Positions 35,625 through 44,737 of a stretch of 64,000 bases of DNA are shown in pieces (the first letter of the stretch is position 1; every line of letters starts with the position of its first letter). Both the position numbers and the translations under genes were made by a program. The notes under the pieces were generated by a model that made no database searches, had not been told where the DNA came from, and worked only from the letters and a program-made list of their open reading frames with translations. Source of the DNA: Alphaproteobacteria bacterium (lineage in GTDB: Bacteria > Pseudomonadota > Alphaproteobacteria > Bin95); assembly GCA_964291285.2 (NCBI GenBank), contig OZ219785.1, positions 960,001 to 1,024,000 on the forward strand, read 5' to 3'.

Positions 35625-37320
35625 CCTAAATCCGGCAGTTGACGAGCTTGATCGCTGTCTCGGGGTAGTGTGAACGGTCGGATTTGGGCGTGGATTTCAG
35701 CACGTGGTCGCGGCCCTGGGTGGCGGCAGCCAGGGTTGACGCCCCGGTTCGCGGCCATGGAGGTATTTCCTGAGCGCCTCGGCGAGGATGCGGCGCCAGC
35801 GATCCCCGGCGCTCAACTGCTCCGCAGTTTGCGTCAGCGACCGGAAGAAGCCGGCGATCCGGCGCAGCGCCGCCATCACCGTCTTGCGACGCCCGTGATG
35901 GGAGGTCACCGTCAGCCGGGTCTGGCCGGCGTGGTGGGTCTGGCGGGCAACCCCGTGCAGGAGCAGCGGCCGGCTGGTGATCGCCTCGCGGTGATGGTCG
36001 GGGTCGGCGAGGCGCACGAACAGGCTCCACCAGTTGTAGATGAGCGCGATCAGCCGGGCCATGTGCCGGCAGCGCGTCAGGTCGCGCGTGGTGAAGCCGC
36101 CCCAACCCCACTGGTTCTTCAACTCGTCGAAGCCGTTCTCCGCGTCCGCCCGGTCGCGGTAGAGCTGGGCCAGCGAGCGTATCTCCAGGTCCAGCGAGGT
36201 CGCCAGCACCGCGAACTCCCACACCCCGGTGCCGGGCTGCGCCTCGGTCCAGAACAGCTCGCCCTGGGCCTTGTCGCCACGCGTCAGCGCCAGCGTCGCA
36301 GGAAGCCGCCGACGCAGCACCACAACCCGGCGCGTCCGGCTCCAGCCCTGCAGACGCAGATCGGCCCCGATCCCCGACCAGCCCTGGCCTGCATCCTCCC
36401 AGCCGTCCCGCACCATCAGCCGCTCGGCAAGCCGGCGCGCCCCCTTCGTCAGGCGCAGCTTGAACAAATAGTCCAGACCCGCAGCCTCGCACGACGCCAT
36501 GTTGGCCTCGCTGCCCCAGTCCTTATCGCCCCGCACCAGACGCGGCCAGCGATCCCGACCGAGACGGTCGAGCAACGCCCACAAGGACGGCGCCGCGCGC
36601 CTCGAATGGTGATGGTTGCCCGGCGCCACCTCGACATCCAGAACAAGCCGCGTGCCCGCCATCAGGAACGCATGGCAGGCATGCGAGGGGCGGCCCGGCT
36701 TCTTCGGGTTGTAGCTCACAACCGCCCCCTCCTGACGACCGTAAAGCGCCTTGATCGTCGTGTCGCAGTCCAGAACCCACGGCTCCCTCAGCAGCGGACG
36801 GACCACCTCGTCCAGATGGCCCTGAAGCCACGATGTGCCGACATCCGCACCGATCCGCTCCAGACCGCGCCGCACCGAATCCTCGCTCGCAACCTTGTCC
36901 ATACCCAGCAGCGCAGGGTTCACCCCGTCGCCGCGCAGCGACGTGATGTGCGCATAGCGAGACTGCCCCGCCAGAACCGACAGAAGAACCGTCCCCAGGA
37001 CATCCCGCTTCGACGGCGCGTTCGGGCTCGTGTAGTGCAGCGGGCAGTCCGCAACCAAAGCGTCAAAGCGACCGCTTACCTTCAGGTATTCCGAGAAAAA
37101 CGCCAGATGCCCCAGCGGCGTCACCGCCGCATCAGGGTCCCATTCCACATGAACCGCGCCGCCGAAGGTGTCCACCTTCACCGACGCTCGGGCGACATCC
37201 CGCACAGCGCCAGGATAATCACCCAAAGGGTGAGCCTCTTCGGCCCCTGAAAAGCCGCTCATACCCGCAGACTACAAGGGATTCGGCAAGGCCAAGCCAT
37301 CCTCAACTGCCGGATTTAGG
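35625..37320 (-). mobile_element. IS1380-like insertion sequence (1696 bp)
   Basis: 18-bp perfect TIRs cctaaatccggcagttga (35625-35642 / 37303-37320); 5-bp TSD ctgaa (35620-35624 / 37321-37325). Confidence 0.88.
35697..37262 (-). CDS. DDE transposase (IS1380-like)
   Basis: LDCDTT, VRGD, YRDRADAEN.FDELK (Y-R-E-K signature); true start uncertain. Confidence 0.88.
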   Translation of the reverse strand: MSGFSGAEEAHPLGDYPGAVRDVARASVKVDTFGGAVHVEWDPDAAVTPLGHLAFFSEYLKVSGRFDALVADCPLHYTSPNAPSKRDVLGTVLLSVLAGQSRYAHITSLRGDGVNPALLGMDKVASEDSVRRGLERIGADVGTSWLQGHLDEVVRPLLREPWVLDCDTTIKALYGRQEGAVVSYNPKKPGRPSHACHAFLMAGTRLVLDVEVAPGNHHHSRRAAPSLWALLDRLGRDRWPRLVRGDKDWGSEANMASCEAAGLDYLFKLRLTKGARRLAERLMVRDGWEDAGQGWSGIGADLRLQGWSRTRRVVVLRRRLPATLALTRGDKAQGELFWTEAQPGTGVWEFAVLATSLDLEIRSLAQLYRDRADAENGFDELKNQWGWGGFTTRDLTRCRHMARLIALIYNWWSLFVRLADPDHHREAITSRPLLLHGVARQTHHAGQTRLTVTSHHGRRKTVMAALRRIAGFFRSLTQTAEQLSAGDRWRRILAEALRKYLHGREPGRQPWLPPPRAATTC

Positions 37321-37348
37321 CTGAAACCACGACAGGAGGACAGGCAAC

Positions 37349-38167
37349 ATGCCCGTCGATCTTTCCCCTTCCTTCATCAAGGCGTTCGAAGGCGAAGTCC
37401 ACAACGCCTATCAGCGCCAGGGCTCCAAGCTCCGCGACACGGTGCGCACGCGCCGCGGCGTGATGGGCTCCAGCGTGACCTTCCGCAAGGTCGGGCGCGG
37501 CGCCGCCGCCACCAAGGCCCGGCACGGCCAGATCCCGGTGATGAACGTCGATCACAGCGCGGTCGAGTGCAATCTCCGCGACTACTATGCCGGCGAGTGG
37601 GTGGACCGGCTCGACGACCTCAAGATCGGCGGCGGCGAGCGCGACACGGTCGCCAAGGCGGGCGCCTATGCGCTCGGCCGCAAGACCGACCAGCTCATCG
37701 CCGCCGCGCTCGACGGCTCGACCAACCATGCCGGCGCCGACACGGACGGGCTGACCAAGGCCAAGGTGCTCACCGCCTTCGAGATGCTCGGCCAGGCCGA
37801 CGTGCCGGACGACGGCGAACGCACCGCCGTCATCGGCTGGAAGCAGTGGTCGGACCTCATGAAGATCGAGGAGTTCGCCAATGCCGACTATGTGGGCGCG
37901 GACGACCTGCCCTGGCGGGGCACCCAGGCCAAGCGCTGGCTCGGCACCCTCTGGCTGCCGCATTCGGGGCTGACGCTCAAGGACTCGGTCCGGCTCTGCC
38001 ACTGGTACCACAAGAGCGCGGTCGGCCACGCCGCCGGCGCGGAAGTCACCACCGACATCACCTGGCACGGCGACCGCGCCGCCTGGTTCGTCGCCAACTG
38101 GATGAGCCAGGGCGCGGCGCTGATCGACGCCGAGGGCGTCGTGACCATGCGCTGCCTCGAAACCTGA
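37349..38167 (+). CDS. Major capsid protein
   Basis: F..EVH.AYQRQGSKLR.TVR, ALGRKTD, WLG..W..H pattern of podovirus-like capsids; AGGAGG RBS; gene order. Confidence 0.82.
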   Translation: MPVDLSPSFIKAFEGEVHNAYQRQGSKLRDTVRTRRGVMGSSVTFRKVGRGAAATKARHGQIPVMNVDHSAVECNLRDYYAGEWVDRLDDLKIGGGERDTVAKAGAYALGRKTDQLIAAALDGSTNHAGADTDGLTKAKVLTAFEMLGQADVPDDGERTAVIGWKQWSDLMKIEEFANADYVGADDLPWRGTQAKRWLGTLWLPHSGLTLKDSVRLCHWYHKSAVGHAAGAEVTTDITWHGDRAAWFVANWMSQGAALIDAEGVVTMRCLET

Positions 38168-38195
38168 CCGGAACGAAAAGGAGACAACAGAAGCA

Positions 38196-38555
38196 ATGGC
38201 GTCCAAATCCGCGAACCTCTCCGTCCTGGCCTATGCCAACGGCTTCACCTTCTGGCACTACAAGTCCGCCGAGGACGCCGACGGCGACATGGTGGCGGCC
38301 GGCTATTTCGACGCGGCCGCCGACCTGCTCCGCCCCGGCGACATGCTGGCGCTGAACGGCGCGGGCGACAGCGCGGCGCTGGTCCGCGTGTCGTCCAGCC
38401 GCAATGGCAGCGTCGGCGTCGGCTTCACCACCGACTGGGAGACCCAGGCGGCGGTCGCCGACGCGGCCGGCGGGGCGACCGTCGATGCCCAGGCGCGCGC
38501 GGCCGTCAACGCGGTCATCCGCGCGCTCGAACGGGTCGGCGTCCTCGCCGCCTGA
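38196..38555 (+). CDS. Putative head decoration/fibre protein
   Basis: Follows capsid; LSVLAYANGFT.WHY..GYF; C-terminal AVAD.AGGATVD.QAR.A.N.....L...G resembles head-fibre tails. Confidence 0.55.
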   Translation: MASKSANLSVLAYANGFTFWHYKSAEDADGDMVAAGYFDAAADLLRPGDMLALNGAGDSAALVRVSSSRNGSVGVGFTTDWETQAAVADAAGGATVDAQARAAVNAVIRALERVGVLAA

Positions 38556-38561
38556 CGGACC

Positions 38562-38594
38562 GGCGGCCGGTGGACGGCATGTCCGCCGGCCGCC
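38562..38594 (+). other. 14-bp stem hairpin after the head genes (attenuator or mRNA stabiliser)
   Basis: ggcggccggtggac-ggcat-gtccgccggccgcc; no U tract. Confidence 0.4.
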
Positions 38595-38633
38595 ACCCGC
38601 CATTCCCCTTCCCCTGCCGAAAGGAGGCCGCCC

Positions 38634-39194
38634 ATGGCGTTGACCGCCGTCCAGATTGCGAGCCAGGCGCTCGTCCGGCTCGGTGCGCTGCCGATTTCCG
38701 ATTTCGCGGAGCCGACCCTCGAGGCGCGCACCGCCGCCGCGCTCTATCCCACGCTCCGCGATACGCTGCTTGCGGGCCATGCCTGGCGTTTCGCCACGGC
38801 CGAGGCGGCGCTTTCACCTGCGGAAGAGCCGCCGCTCGACGGCTTCGCGCATGCCTTCCGGCTGCCGGCCGGTTTCCTGAATGCGCTGGCGGTGGAGGAC
38901 GGGCGCGAGACCGGCTGGCGCATCGCCGGCGGAAGGCTTCACGCGCACACGGCCCGGCTCCGGCTCGCCTATATCTTCCGCGCCGGCGAGGCGGAGTTCC
39001 CGCCCTGGTTCGCGGATGCGCTCGCCGCCCATCTCGCCGCCGCCTTCTGCCTGCCGGTGACGGAGAACACGTCCCGCGCGGAGGCGCTCCAGCGGCTGGC
39101 GGACGCAGCCCTCCGCCGCGCCCGGCGCACGGACGCGCTCCAGGACCCGGCGCGCGCGCCGCTCCGCTTCCCGCTGATCGAGGCCAGGGCATGA
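38634..39194 (+). CDS. Tail tubular protein A (T7 gp11-like adaptor)
   Basis: I...AL..LGA.PI..F, RD.LL..H.W.FA, F.LP..FL motifs. Confidence 0.78.
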   Translation: MALTAVQIASQALVRLGALPISDFAEPTLEARTAAALYPTLRDTLLAGHAWRFATAEAALSPAEEPPLDGFAHAFRLPAGFLNALAVEDGRETGWRIAGGRLHAHTARLRLAYIFRAGEAEFPPWFADALAAHLAAAFCLPVTENTSRAEALQRLADAALRRARRTDALQDPARAPLRFPLIEARA

Positions 39195-41068
39195 CCCGGA
39201 TCAACACCCTCAAGACCAATTTCAGCGCGGGCGAGCTCACCCCGCGCCTCGCCGGCCGGCCCGACCTCGCGGCCTATCGCGACGGCGCGCGCCGGCTGCG
39301 CAATGTCACCGTCCACCCGACGGGCGGGCTGTCGCGGCGGCCGGGGCTCGCCTTCGTCGAGGCCGCGCCCGGCCCCGGCCGGCTGGCCGCCTTCGAATTC
39401 AACACGGAGGAAAGCTACCTGCTGCTGTTCACCGACCGGGCGCTGCGCATCTACCGGGCGGGCCGGCGGGTCGCGCTCGTCGCCGCGCCCTGGCGGGAAG
39501 CGGACCTGGCCGGGCTCAACTGGACGCAGACCGCCGACACGCTGCTGGTCGTCCATCCCGACTATCCGCCGCAGACCCTGACGCGCCGGGGGCAGGACGA
39601 CTGGCGGATCGCGCCCTGGGAATGGGCCGAGCGGGCCGGACGGTCGATGCGGCCCTACCACCGCTATGCCGCGCCGTCGGTGACGCTGGCGGCCTCGGCG
39701 GCTTCGGGCCGCGTCCGGCTCACCGCCTCGGCCGGCGTCTTCGCGCCGGAGCATGCGGGCCAGCCCTTCCGGATCGGCAGGGACGAGGTCCGGATCCACC
39801 GGTTCGTCTCCGCCACCCAGGCCGAGGCGGACGTCACGGGCGCGCTTGCAGGCGGCACGGCGGCGACCGCGAACTGGCGGGAGCCCGCCTTTTCGGCCCG
39901 GCGCGGCTGGCCGGTCTCGGTCGTGTTCCACCAGGACAGGCTGGTGATCGGCGGGTCGCGCTCGCTGCCGGACCGGCTCTGGCTCTCGCGCTCGGGCGCC
40001 TTTTTCGACTTCGACCCCGGCGAGGGGCTCGATGACGAGGCCATCGCCTTCCCGCTGCTTTCGGACCAGGCGAACGCGGTGCGCGCGGTCGTCTCCGGGC
40101 GGCATCTGCAGGTCTTCACCTCGGGCGCGGAATGGACCGTCTCCGGCGACCCGCTGACCCCCGCCTCTATCCAGCTCCGCCGCCAGACGCGCATCGGCTC
40201 GCCCGCCGACCGCGCCGTCCGGCCGGTGGATGTCGAGGGAGCGGTGATGTTCCTCGCCCGCAACGGGCGCGAGCTGCGCGAATTCCTGTTCGCGGACGCC
40301 GAGCTTGCCTACCGCGCGCAGGACCTGGCGCTGCTTGCCGGCCACCTGTTCGCCGCGCCGGTCGAGGCCGTCTGGGACGAGGCGGCCCGGCGGCTGCTGG
40401 TCGTCATGGGCGACGGGTCCATCGCCGCGCTCACGCTCTGGCGGGCCGAGGGCGTCCATGCCTGGACGCGGCTGGAGACCGAGGGAGCCTTCCGGTCGGC
40501 GGCGGTGGCGGGCGGCGCGGCCTGGGCGCTGGTCGAGCGCGAGGGGCGGTATTCGGTCGAGCGCTTCGACGAGGCGATCGGCGTGGACGCCGCGGTCTCC
40601 GGAACGGCCGCCCGCCCGACCCGCTCCTGGGGCGGCCTCGCCCATCTCGAAGGCCGGGAGGTCGCCGCCGTCGCGGGCGGCAGGCCGCTCTCCGGGCTCC
40701 GGGTGACGGGCGGACGCATCCTGCTCGACGCCCCGGCCCGGAACGTGCAGGCGGGGCTGCCCTTCGCGCACGAGATCGAGCCGCTCGCCCCCGGCGTCCA
40801 GCTTGCGCGGGGCGCGATGCAGGGCGTGGCCCACCGGGCGGTGCGGCTGGTGCTGCGCCTTGCCGGCGCGCGGGCGCTGCGCTGCGACACGGGCTTCGGC
40901 TTCCGCCGGGCCGCGCTCGGCGCGGATGCCTTCACCGGCGACATCTCGCTCGGCGCGGGCGGCTGGCGGCGCGACGGCGCGGCCCCGCTCTGGCGCATCG
41001 AGGACGAGACCCCGCTTCCCTTCCACCTCCTTTCCGCTGCAACCGAACTCAAGGTGACCGACATATGA
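39191..41068 (+). CDS. Tail tubular protein B (T7 gp12-like nozzle)
   Basis: TNFSAGEL.P.L.GR.DL, GG..RRPG, WTQ.AD, GWP..V.F.Q.RL; 625 aa. Confidence 0.82.
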   Translation: MTRINTLKTNFSAGELTPRLAGRPDLAAYRDGARRLRNVTVHPTGGLSRRPGLAFVEAAPGPGRLAAFEFNTEESYLLLFTDRALRIYRAGRRVALVAAPWREADLAGLNWTQTADTLLVVHPDYPPQTLTRRGQDDWRIAPWEWAERAGRSMRPYHRYAAPSVTLAASAASGRVRLTASAGVFAPEHAGQPFRIGRDEVRIHRFVSATQAEADVTGALAGGTAATANWREPAFSARRGWPVSVVFHQDRLVIGGSRSLPDRLWLSRSGAFFDFDPGEGLDDEAIAFPLLSDQANAVRAVVSGRHLQVFTSGAEWTVSGDPLTPASIQLRRQTRIGSPADRAVRPVDVEGAVMFLARNGRELREFLFADAELAYRAQDLALLAGHLFAAPVEAVWDEAARRLLVVMGDGSIAALTLWRAEGVHAWTRLETEGAFRSAAVAGGAAWALVEREGRYSVERFDEAIGVDAAVSGTAARPTRSWGGLAHLEGREVAAVAGGRPLSGLRVTGGRILLDAPARNVQAGLPFAHEIEPLAPGVQLARGAMQGVAHRAVRLVLRLAGARALRCDTGFGFRRAALGADAFTGDISLGAGGWRRDGAAPLWRIEDETPLPFHLLSAATELKVTDI

Positions 41069-41481
41069 GCGCACTCCTCCCCGTAGCCCTGGCGGCGGGC
41101 AACGCCCTGCTCGCCGAAACCTCCGCCGCCGAGGCGGCCTCCCGGCGCCGCGCCGCCGCGAACGCGCAGGCCGCCGATGTCCGCGCCGGCGCCGCCGAGC
41201 GCGAACGCCTGCGCCGCCGCCGGCTGAAGCAGGCGCTGGCCCGCGCCCGCGCCCGGTTCGGCGCGGCCGGCACCGGCTCCGCCGCCGGTTCGGCCGCCGC
41301 GCTGCTGGGCGGGCTTGCCGCCGAAAGCGAGCGGGAGGGCCGCCATGCGGGCGACGCCGCCTCGCGGCGCCTCGCCTCGCTCCGGGCCGACAGCACCCAT
41401 GCGGGCCGGCTCGAACGGCTGGGCCTCCTCAGCCGGACGGGCGGGCTGCTCGCGCTGCGCGGGCCGCGGCGAAACGGCTGA
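41065..41481 (+). CDS. Putative internal virion/ejection protein (gp14-like)
   Basis: Ala/Arg-rich helical; RARFGAAG...GS motif; ATGA overlap; position after tail tube genes. Confidence 0.5.
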   Translation: MSALLPVALAAGNALLAETSAAEAASRRRAAANAQAADVRAGAAERERLRRRRLKQALARARARFGAAGTGSAAGSAAALLGGLAAESEREGRHAGDAASRRLASLRADSTHAGRLERLGLLSRTGGLLALRGPRRNG

Positions 41482-41492
41482 CGGGCGGTCCC

Positions 41493-41672
41493 GTGGACAC
41501 GCTCGCGCTCCGGGTCTTCGCCGAATACGGGCCGCTCGCCCTTGGCTGGGGCCTTGCCGGCTGGCTGCTGCACCGGGATTCGCGCGGCCGCCAGCAGGTG
41601 CTCGACGTCATCGTCGCCAACACGCGCGCGCTCGCCGTGCTGGCGGAGAAGATCGACGCGCTCCGGCGGTAG
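41493..41672 (+). CDS. Small single-TM + coiled-coil protein (holin-like), absent from the ORF track
   Basis: GTG..TAG, 59 aa: MDTLALRVFAEYGPLALGWGLAGWLLHRD...NTRALAVLAEKIDALRR. Confidence 0.55.
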   Translation: MDTLALRVFAEYGPLALGWGLAGWLLHRDSRGRQQVLDVIVANTRALAVLAEKIDALRR

Positions 41673-41731
41673 CGGGCGCCCGGCCACCGACCGCTGCCAC
41701 TATCCACTACCCACTATTCAAAGGAGGTTCG

Positions 41732-43198
41732 ATGAACCCCACCTTCACCTCTTTCCTCGACGCCTGGAACCGCAGCCAGACTCTGGCAACGCCCGCGCTT
41801 CACCGGAACATCGCCGGCTGGTTCGACGAGCGGATCGCCAAGGGCACGCGGCGCATGCTGCTGCTGGCCTTCCGGGGCTCGGGCAAATCGACCCTGCTCG
41901 GCCTGCTGTCCGCCTGGCTGCTCAAATGCAACCCGGACCGGCGCATCCTGGTGCTGGCGGCGGAGTCGGCGCTGGCATCCAAGACGGTGCGCACCGTGCG
42001 CCGCATCCTGGAGCGCCATCCCGACACGGAAGCGCTCCGCCCCGACAAGCCCGAGGAATGGGCGGCCGACCGGCTGACCGTGCCGCGCCGCCTCGTCTCG
42101 CGCGACCCCTCGCTGCTGGCGCGCGGCATCGGGGCCAACATTACCGGGGCGCATGCCGATGTCGTGATCTGCGACGATGTCGAAGTGCCGAACACCTGCG
42201 GCACGCCGGCGAAGCGGGCCGACCTGCGCGCGCGCCTCTCCGAGGCCGACTATGTGCTGAGCCCCGGCGGCTTCCAGATCTACAGCGGCACGCCGCACAG
42301 CTACTACTCGATCTACACCAAGGACCCGCGGCCGGAGGAAGGCGACAAGCGCCCGTTCCTGCACGATTTCCGCCGGTTGACGAAGAAACTCACGGCGAGA
42401 GCTTGGCCGGAGCGCTTCCCGCCGAAGGTCATCAAGGAAATCCGCAAGCGCGCGGGCCCGGCGCGCTTCGCCAGCCAGATGCTGCTCGAACCCATGCAGG
42501 CGGTGGACGGCCGGCTGAACGCGGAGTGGCTGCGCCGCTACGAGGAGCCGCTCGACTACAGCGAGGTGAACGGCAGGCCGGTGCTGCGGCTGGCCGGCCG
42601 GCGGCTGCTCTCCGCCTCGGCCTGGCTGGACCCCTCCTTCGGCAGGCGGGACAAGGGCGATGCCTGCGTGCTGGCCGCGGTGTTCACCGACGAGGACGGC
42701 CGGCGCCTGCTGCACCGGGTGGCCTACCTCTACTACGACCCGAAGAACGACCGCGACGGCGCGGCGAAGCAGTTGTGCCGGCAGGCGGCCGCCCATGCGC
42801 GCAAGCTGGCGCTGCCGGCCGTCCATGTGGAGTCCAACGGCGTCGGGGCGTTCATCCCGAAAATCCTGCAGCGGGAACTCGCGCGCGAGGGCCACGGCGC
42901 CACGGTCATCGGCATCCCCAACAGCCGCCCGAAGCACGAGCGCATCCTGGAGGCGTTCGACGCGCCGCTCGCCGCCAATGCGCTCTGGGCCCATGCCAGC
43001 GTATTCAAGTCGCCCTTCCTGCGAGAACTGAGGGAATGGCGGCCGGAAAACCGCAGCGGCCCGGACGACGGACTGGACGCGGCCGCCTGCGCGCTGCTGA
43101 TGGAGCCGGTCCGCATCCGCCCGGTCGGCCGCGCGCCGCGCCTGGAGTGGCGGAAGCACGCAAGCCCCGGTCGCGCCCGCACCGATTTCGGCATCTGA
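41732..43198 (+). CDS. Terminase large subunit
   Basis: Walker A AFRGSGKST, Walker B VICDDVE, GTP coupling motif, nuclease LDPSFG / VESNG / DDGLDA; AAGGAGG RBS. Confidence 0.92.
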   Translation: MNPTFTSFLDAWNRSQTLATPALHRNIAGWFDERIAKGTRRMLLLAFRGSGKSTLLGLLSAWLLKCNPDRRILVLAAESALASKTVRTVRRILERHPDTEALRPDKPEEWAADRLTVPRRLVSRDPSLLARGIGANITGAHADVVICDDVEVPNTCGTPAKRADLRARLSEADYVLSPGGFQIYSGTPHSYYSIYTKDPRPEEGDKRPFLHDFRRLTKKLTARAWPERFPPKVIKEIRKRAGPARFASQMLLEPMQAVDGRLNAEWLRRYEEPLDYSEVNGRPVLRLAGRRLLSASAWLDPSFGRRDKGDACVLAAVFTDEDGRRLLHRVAYLYYDPKNDRDGAAKQLCRQAAAHARKLALPAVHVESNGVGAFIPKILQRELAREGHGATVIGIPNSRPKHERILEAFDAPLAANALWAHASVFKSPFLRELREWRPENRSGPDDGLDAAACALLMEPVRIRPVGRAPRLEWRKHASPGRARTDFGI

Positions 43199-43209
43199 GG
43201 CGGGGGCCG

Positions 43210-43280
43210 CCCTTCGATACGCCCGCCGGAGGCGGGCTACTCAGGGTGAGGGAAGAGCCTGCCCTGGGCCTGTCGAAGGG
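43210..43280. repeat. REP-like inverted repeat pair
   Basis: cccttcga...ctcagggtgagg / cctgccctgggcctgtcgaaggg. Confidence 0.55.
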
Positions 43281-43337
43281 GACGGCCTCCATGACAGGCT
43301 CGACCCATCCACCAACCACCATCCACGGGAGGAACCC

Positions 43338-43907
43338 ATGATTCCTGCACTTCTCGCCCAGATCGGCCTGCCGCTCATCGCGCGCCTCGCGGGCGCCGGG
43401 CTGGAGGCGCTCGACAACCCGGCCGCCGACACCGCCGCCAGGGCGCTCCGCGAGGTGGACGGCGTGCTGCGGACCGGCGGCGTCGCCCCGGAGGCGCTCG
43501 ACGCCGCGAACCGGCGCATCGAGGCCGAGGCGCGCTCGCGCGAGGCCGAGACCGCCTGGCGCGAGGTCAACGCCACCATGCGCGCCGAGACCCGCGCCGG
43601 GGACGCCTATGTGCGCCGCTGGCGGCCGACCTTCGGCTATGCCGTGACGGCGGCGTGGGCCATGCAGATGGGCGCCATCGCCTGGGCGGTGGTGGCGCAC
43701 CCGACCGACGCGCCGGCGATCCTGGCGGCGGCCGCCTCGCTCAGCGCCATGTGGGGCGTGGCGCTCGCCGTGCTCGGGGTCGCGGTGCATGAACGCTCGC
43801 GCGACAAGGCGCTCGCCGCAGGCCAGCCCGCCTCCGGCCTGGCGTCGCTGGCCGCCGCGCTGCTGGACCGCAGGAAGGCGGAACGGCCCGCCGCGCCCGC
43901 CGGGTAG
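43338..43907 (+). CDS. 3TM-type holin (GTA holin family-like)
   Basis: N.TMRAE....D.YVRRWRPTFGY followed by two TM helices and LGV....RS.DK. Confidence 0.75.
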   Translation: MIPALLAQIGLPLIARLAGAGLEALDNPAADTAARALREVDGVLRTGGVAPEALDAANRRIEAEARSREAETAWREVNATMRAETRAGDAYVRRWRPTFGYAVTAAWAMQMGAIAWAVVAHPTDAPAILAAAASLSAMWGVALAVLGVAVHERSRDKALAAGQPASGLASLAAALLDRRKAERPAAPAG

Positions 43908-43928
43908 CGGGCGCGGCCAGGCCCCGGC

Positions 43929-44723
43929 TCAGTAGGGGCTGCCGGAGATGTTGCTGTCGGCCATCTTGCCCTTGAGGGCTGCGACCGCGGCCATGGCGCC
44001 CTGGGCCATCAGCCGGCTGTCGTTTGCGATGGTCGCGAGCTGGAAGCCCTTCTCGAACATCCGCGCGGCATATTCGGGCGAGCCGCAATGCAGGCCCGCC
44101 GGCACGCCGTGCTTCTTCGCCCCGGCGAGGATGGTGTCGATGGCCGCCACCACCTCCGGCACCTCGGTGTCGAGCTGCGGGGCGTGGCCGAGCGAGAGCG
44201 AGAGGTCCGAGGGGCCGACATAGATGCCGTCCAGCCCCGGCGTGGACAGGATGTCGTCCAGATTGTCGATCGCCTGCTGGGTCTCGATCATGGCGATGGC
44301 GAGCACCGTGTCATTGGCGCGCTCGCCATAGTCCGCGCCGGCATACATGACGGCGCGGATCGGCCCGAAGCTGCGCGAGCCCTTGGGCGCGTAATTGCAG
44401 CAGGCGACGAGCGTCTCGCATTCCGCCCGGGTGTTGATCATCGGGCAGATGATGCCGTAGCTGCCGGCGTCCAGAAGCTTCTGGATGATGCCCGGCTCCA
44501 GCCACGGCACCCGGGCCATCGGCGTGGCGTCGGAGAGCGAGATTCCCTGCAGCATCGGCACCGCGGCGGTGTAATCGACCATGCCGTGCTGGAGGTCGAT
44601 GGTGACGCTGTCCCAGCCGCAGCCGGCCATGACCTCGGCGGAAAAACCGCTCGGGATCGCGAGCCAGCCGTTGACGACCGCGCCGCCGGCCTTCCAGGTT
44701 TCGAGGACGTTGTTCTTGCGCAT
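43929..44723 (-). CDS. HpcH/HpaI aldolase family protein
   Basis: IDLQHG, LDAG..GIICPM, MIET, VGPSDLS. Confidence 0.92.
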   Translation of the reverse strand: MRKNNVLETWKAGGAVVNGWLAIPSGFSAEVMAGCGWDSVTIDLQHGMVDYTAAVPMLQGISLSDATPMARVPWLEPGIIQKLLDAGSYGIICPMINTRAECETLVACCNYAPKGSRSFGPIRAVMYAGADYGERANDTVLAIAMIETQQAIDNLDDILSTPGLDGIYVGPSDLSLSLGHAPQLDTEVPEVVAAIDTILAGAKKHGVPAGLHCGSPEYAARMFEKGFQLATIANDSRLMAQGAMAAVAALKGKMADSNISGSPY

Positions 44724-44737
44724 GTTCCTTGCGTTCC

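Noticed and set aside
37349-38167. Encapsulin shell protein
   Set aside because: The size is similar, but the context (portal, scaffold, tail tubes, terminase) indicates a virion capsid.
31737-43907. Intact inducible prophage
   Set aside because: No integrase, att repeats, replication genes, tail fibre or endolysin are recognisable, and the region is far too short for an autonomous podophage. A decayed prophage cannot be fully excluded.
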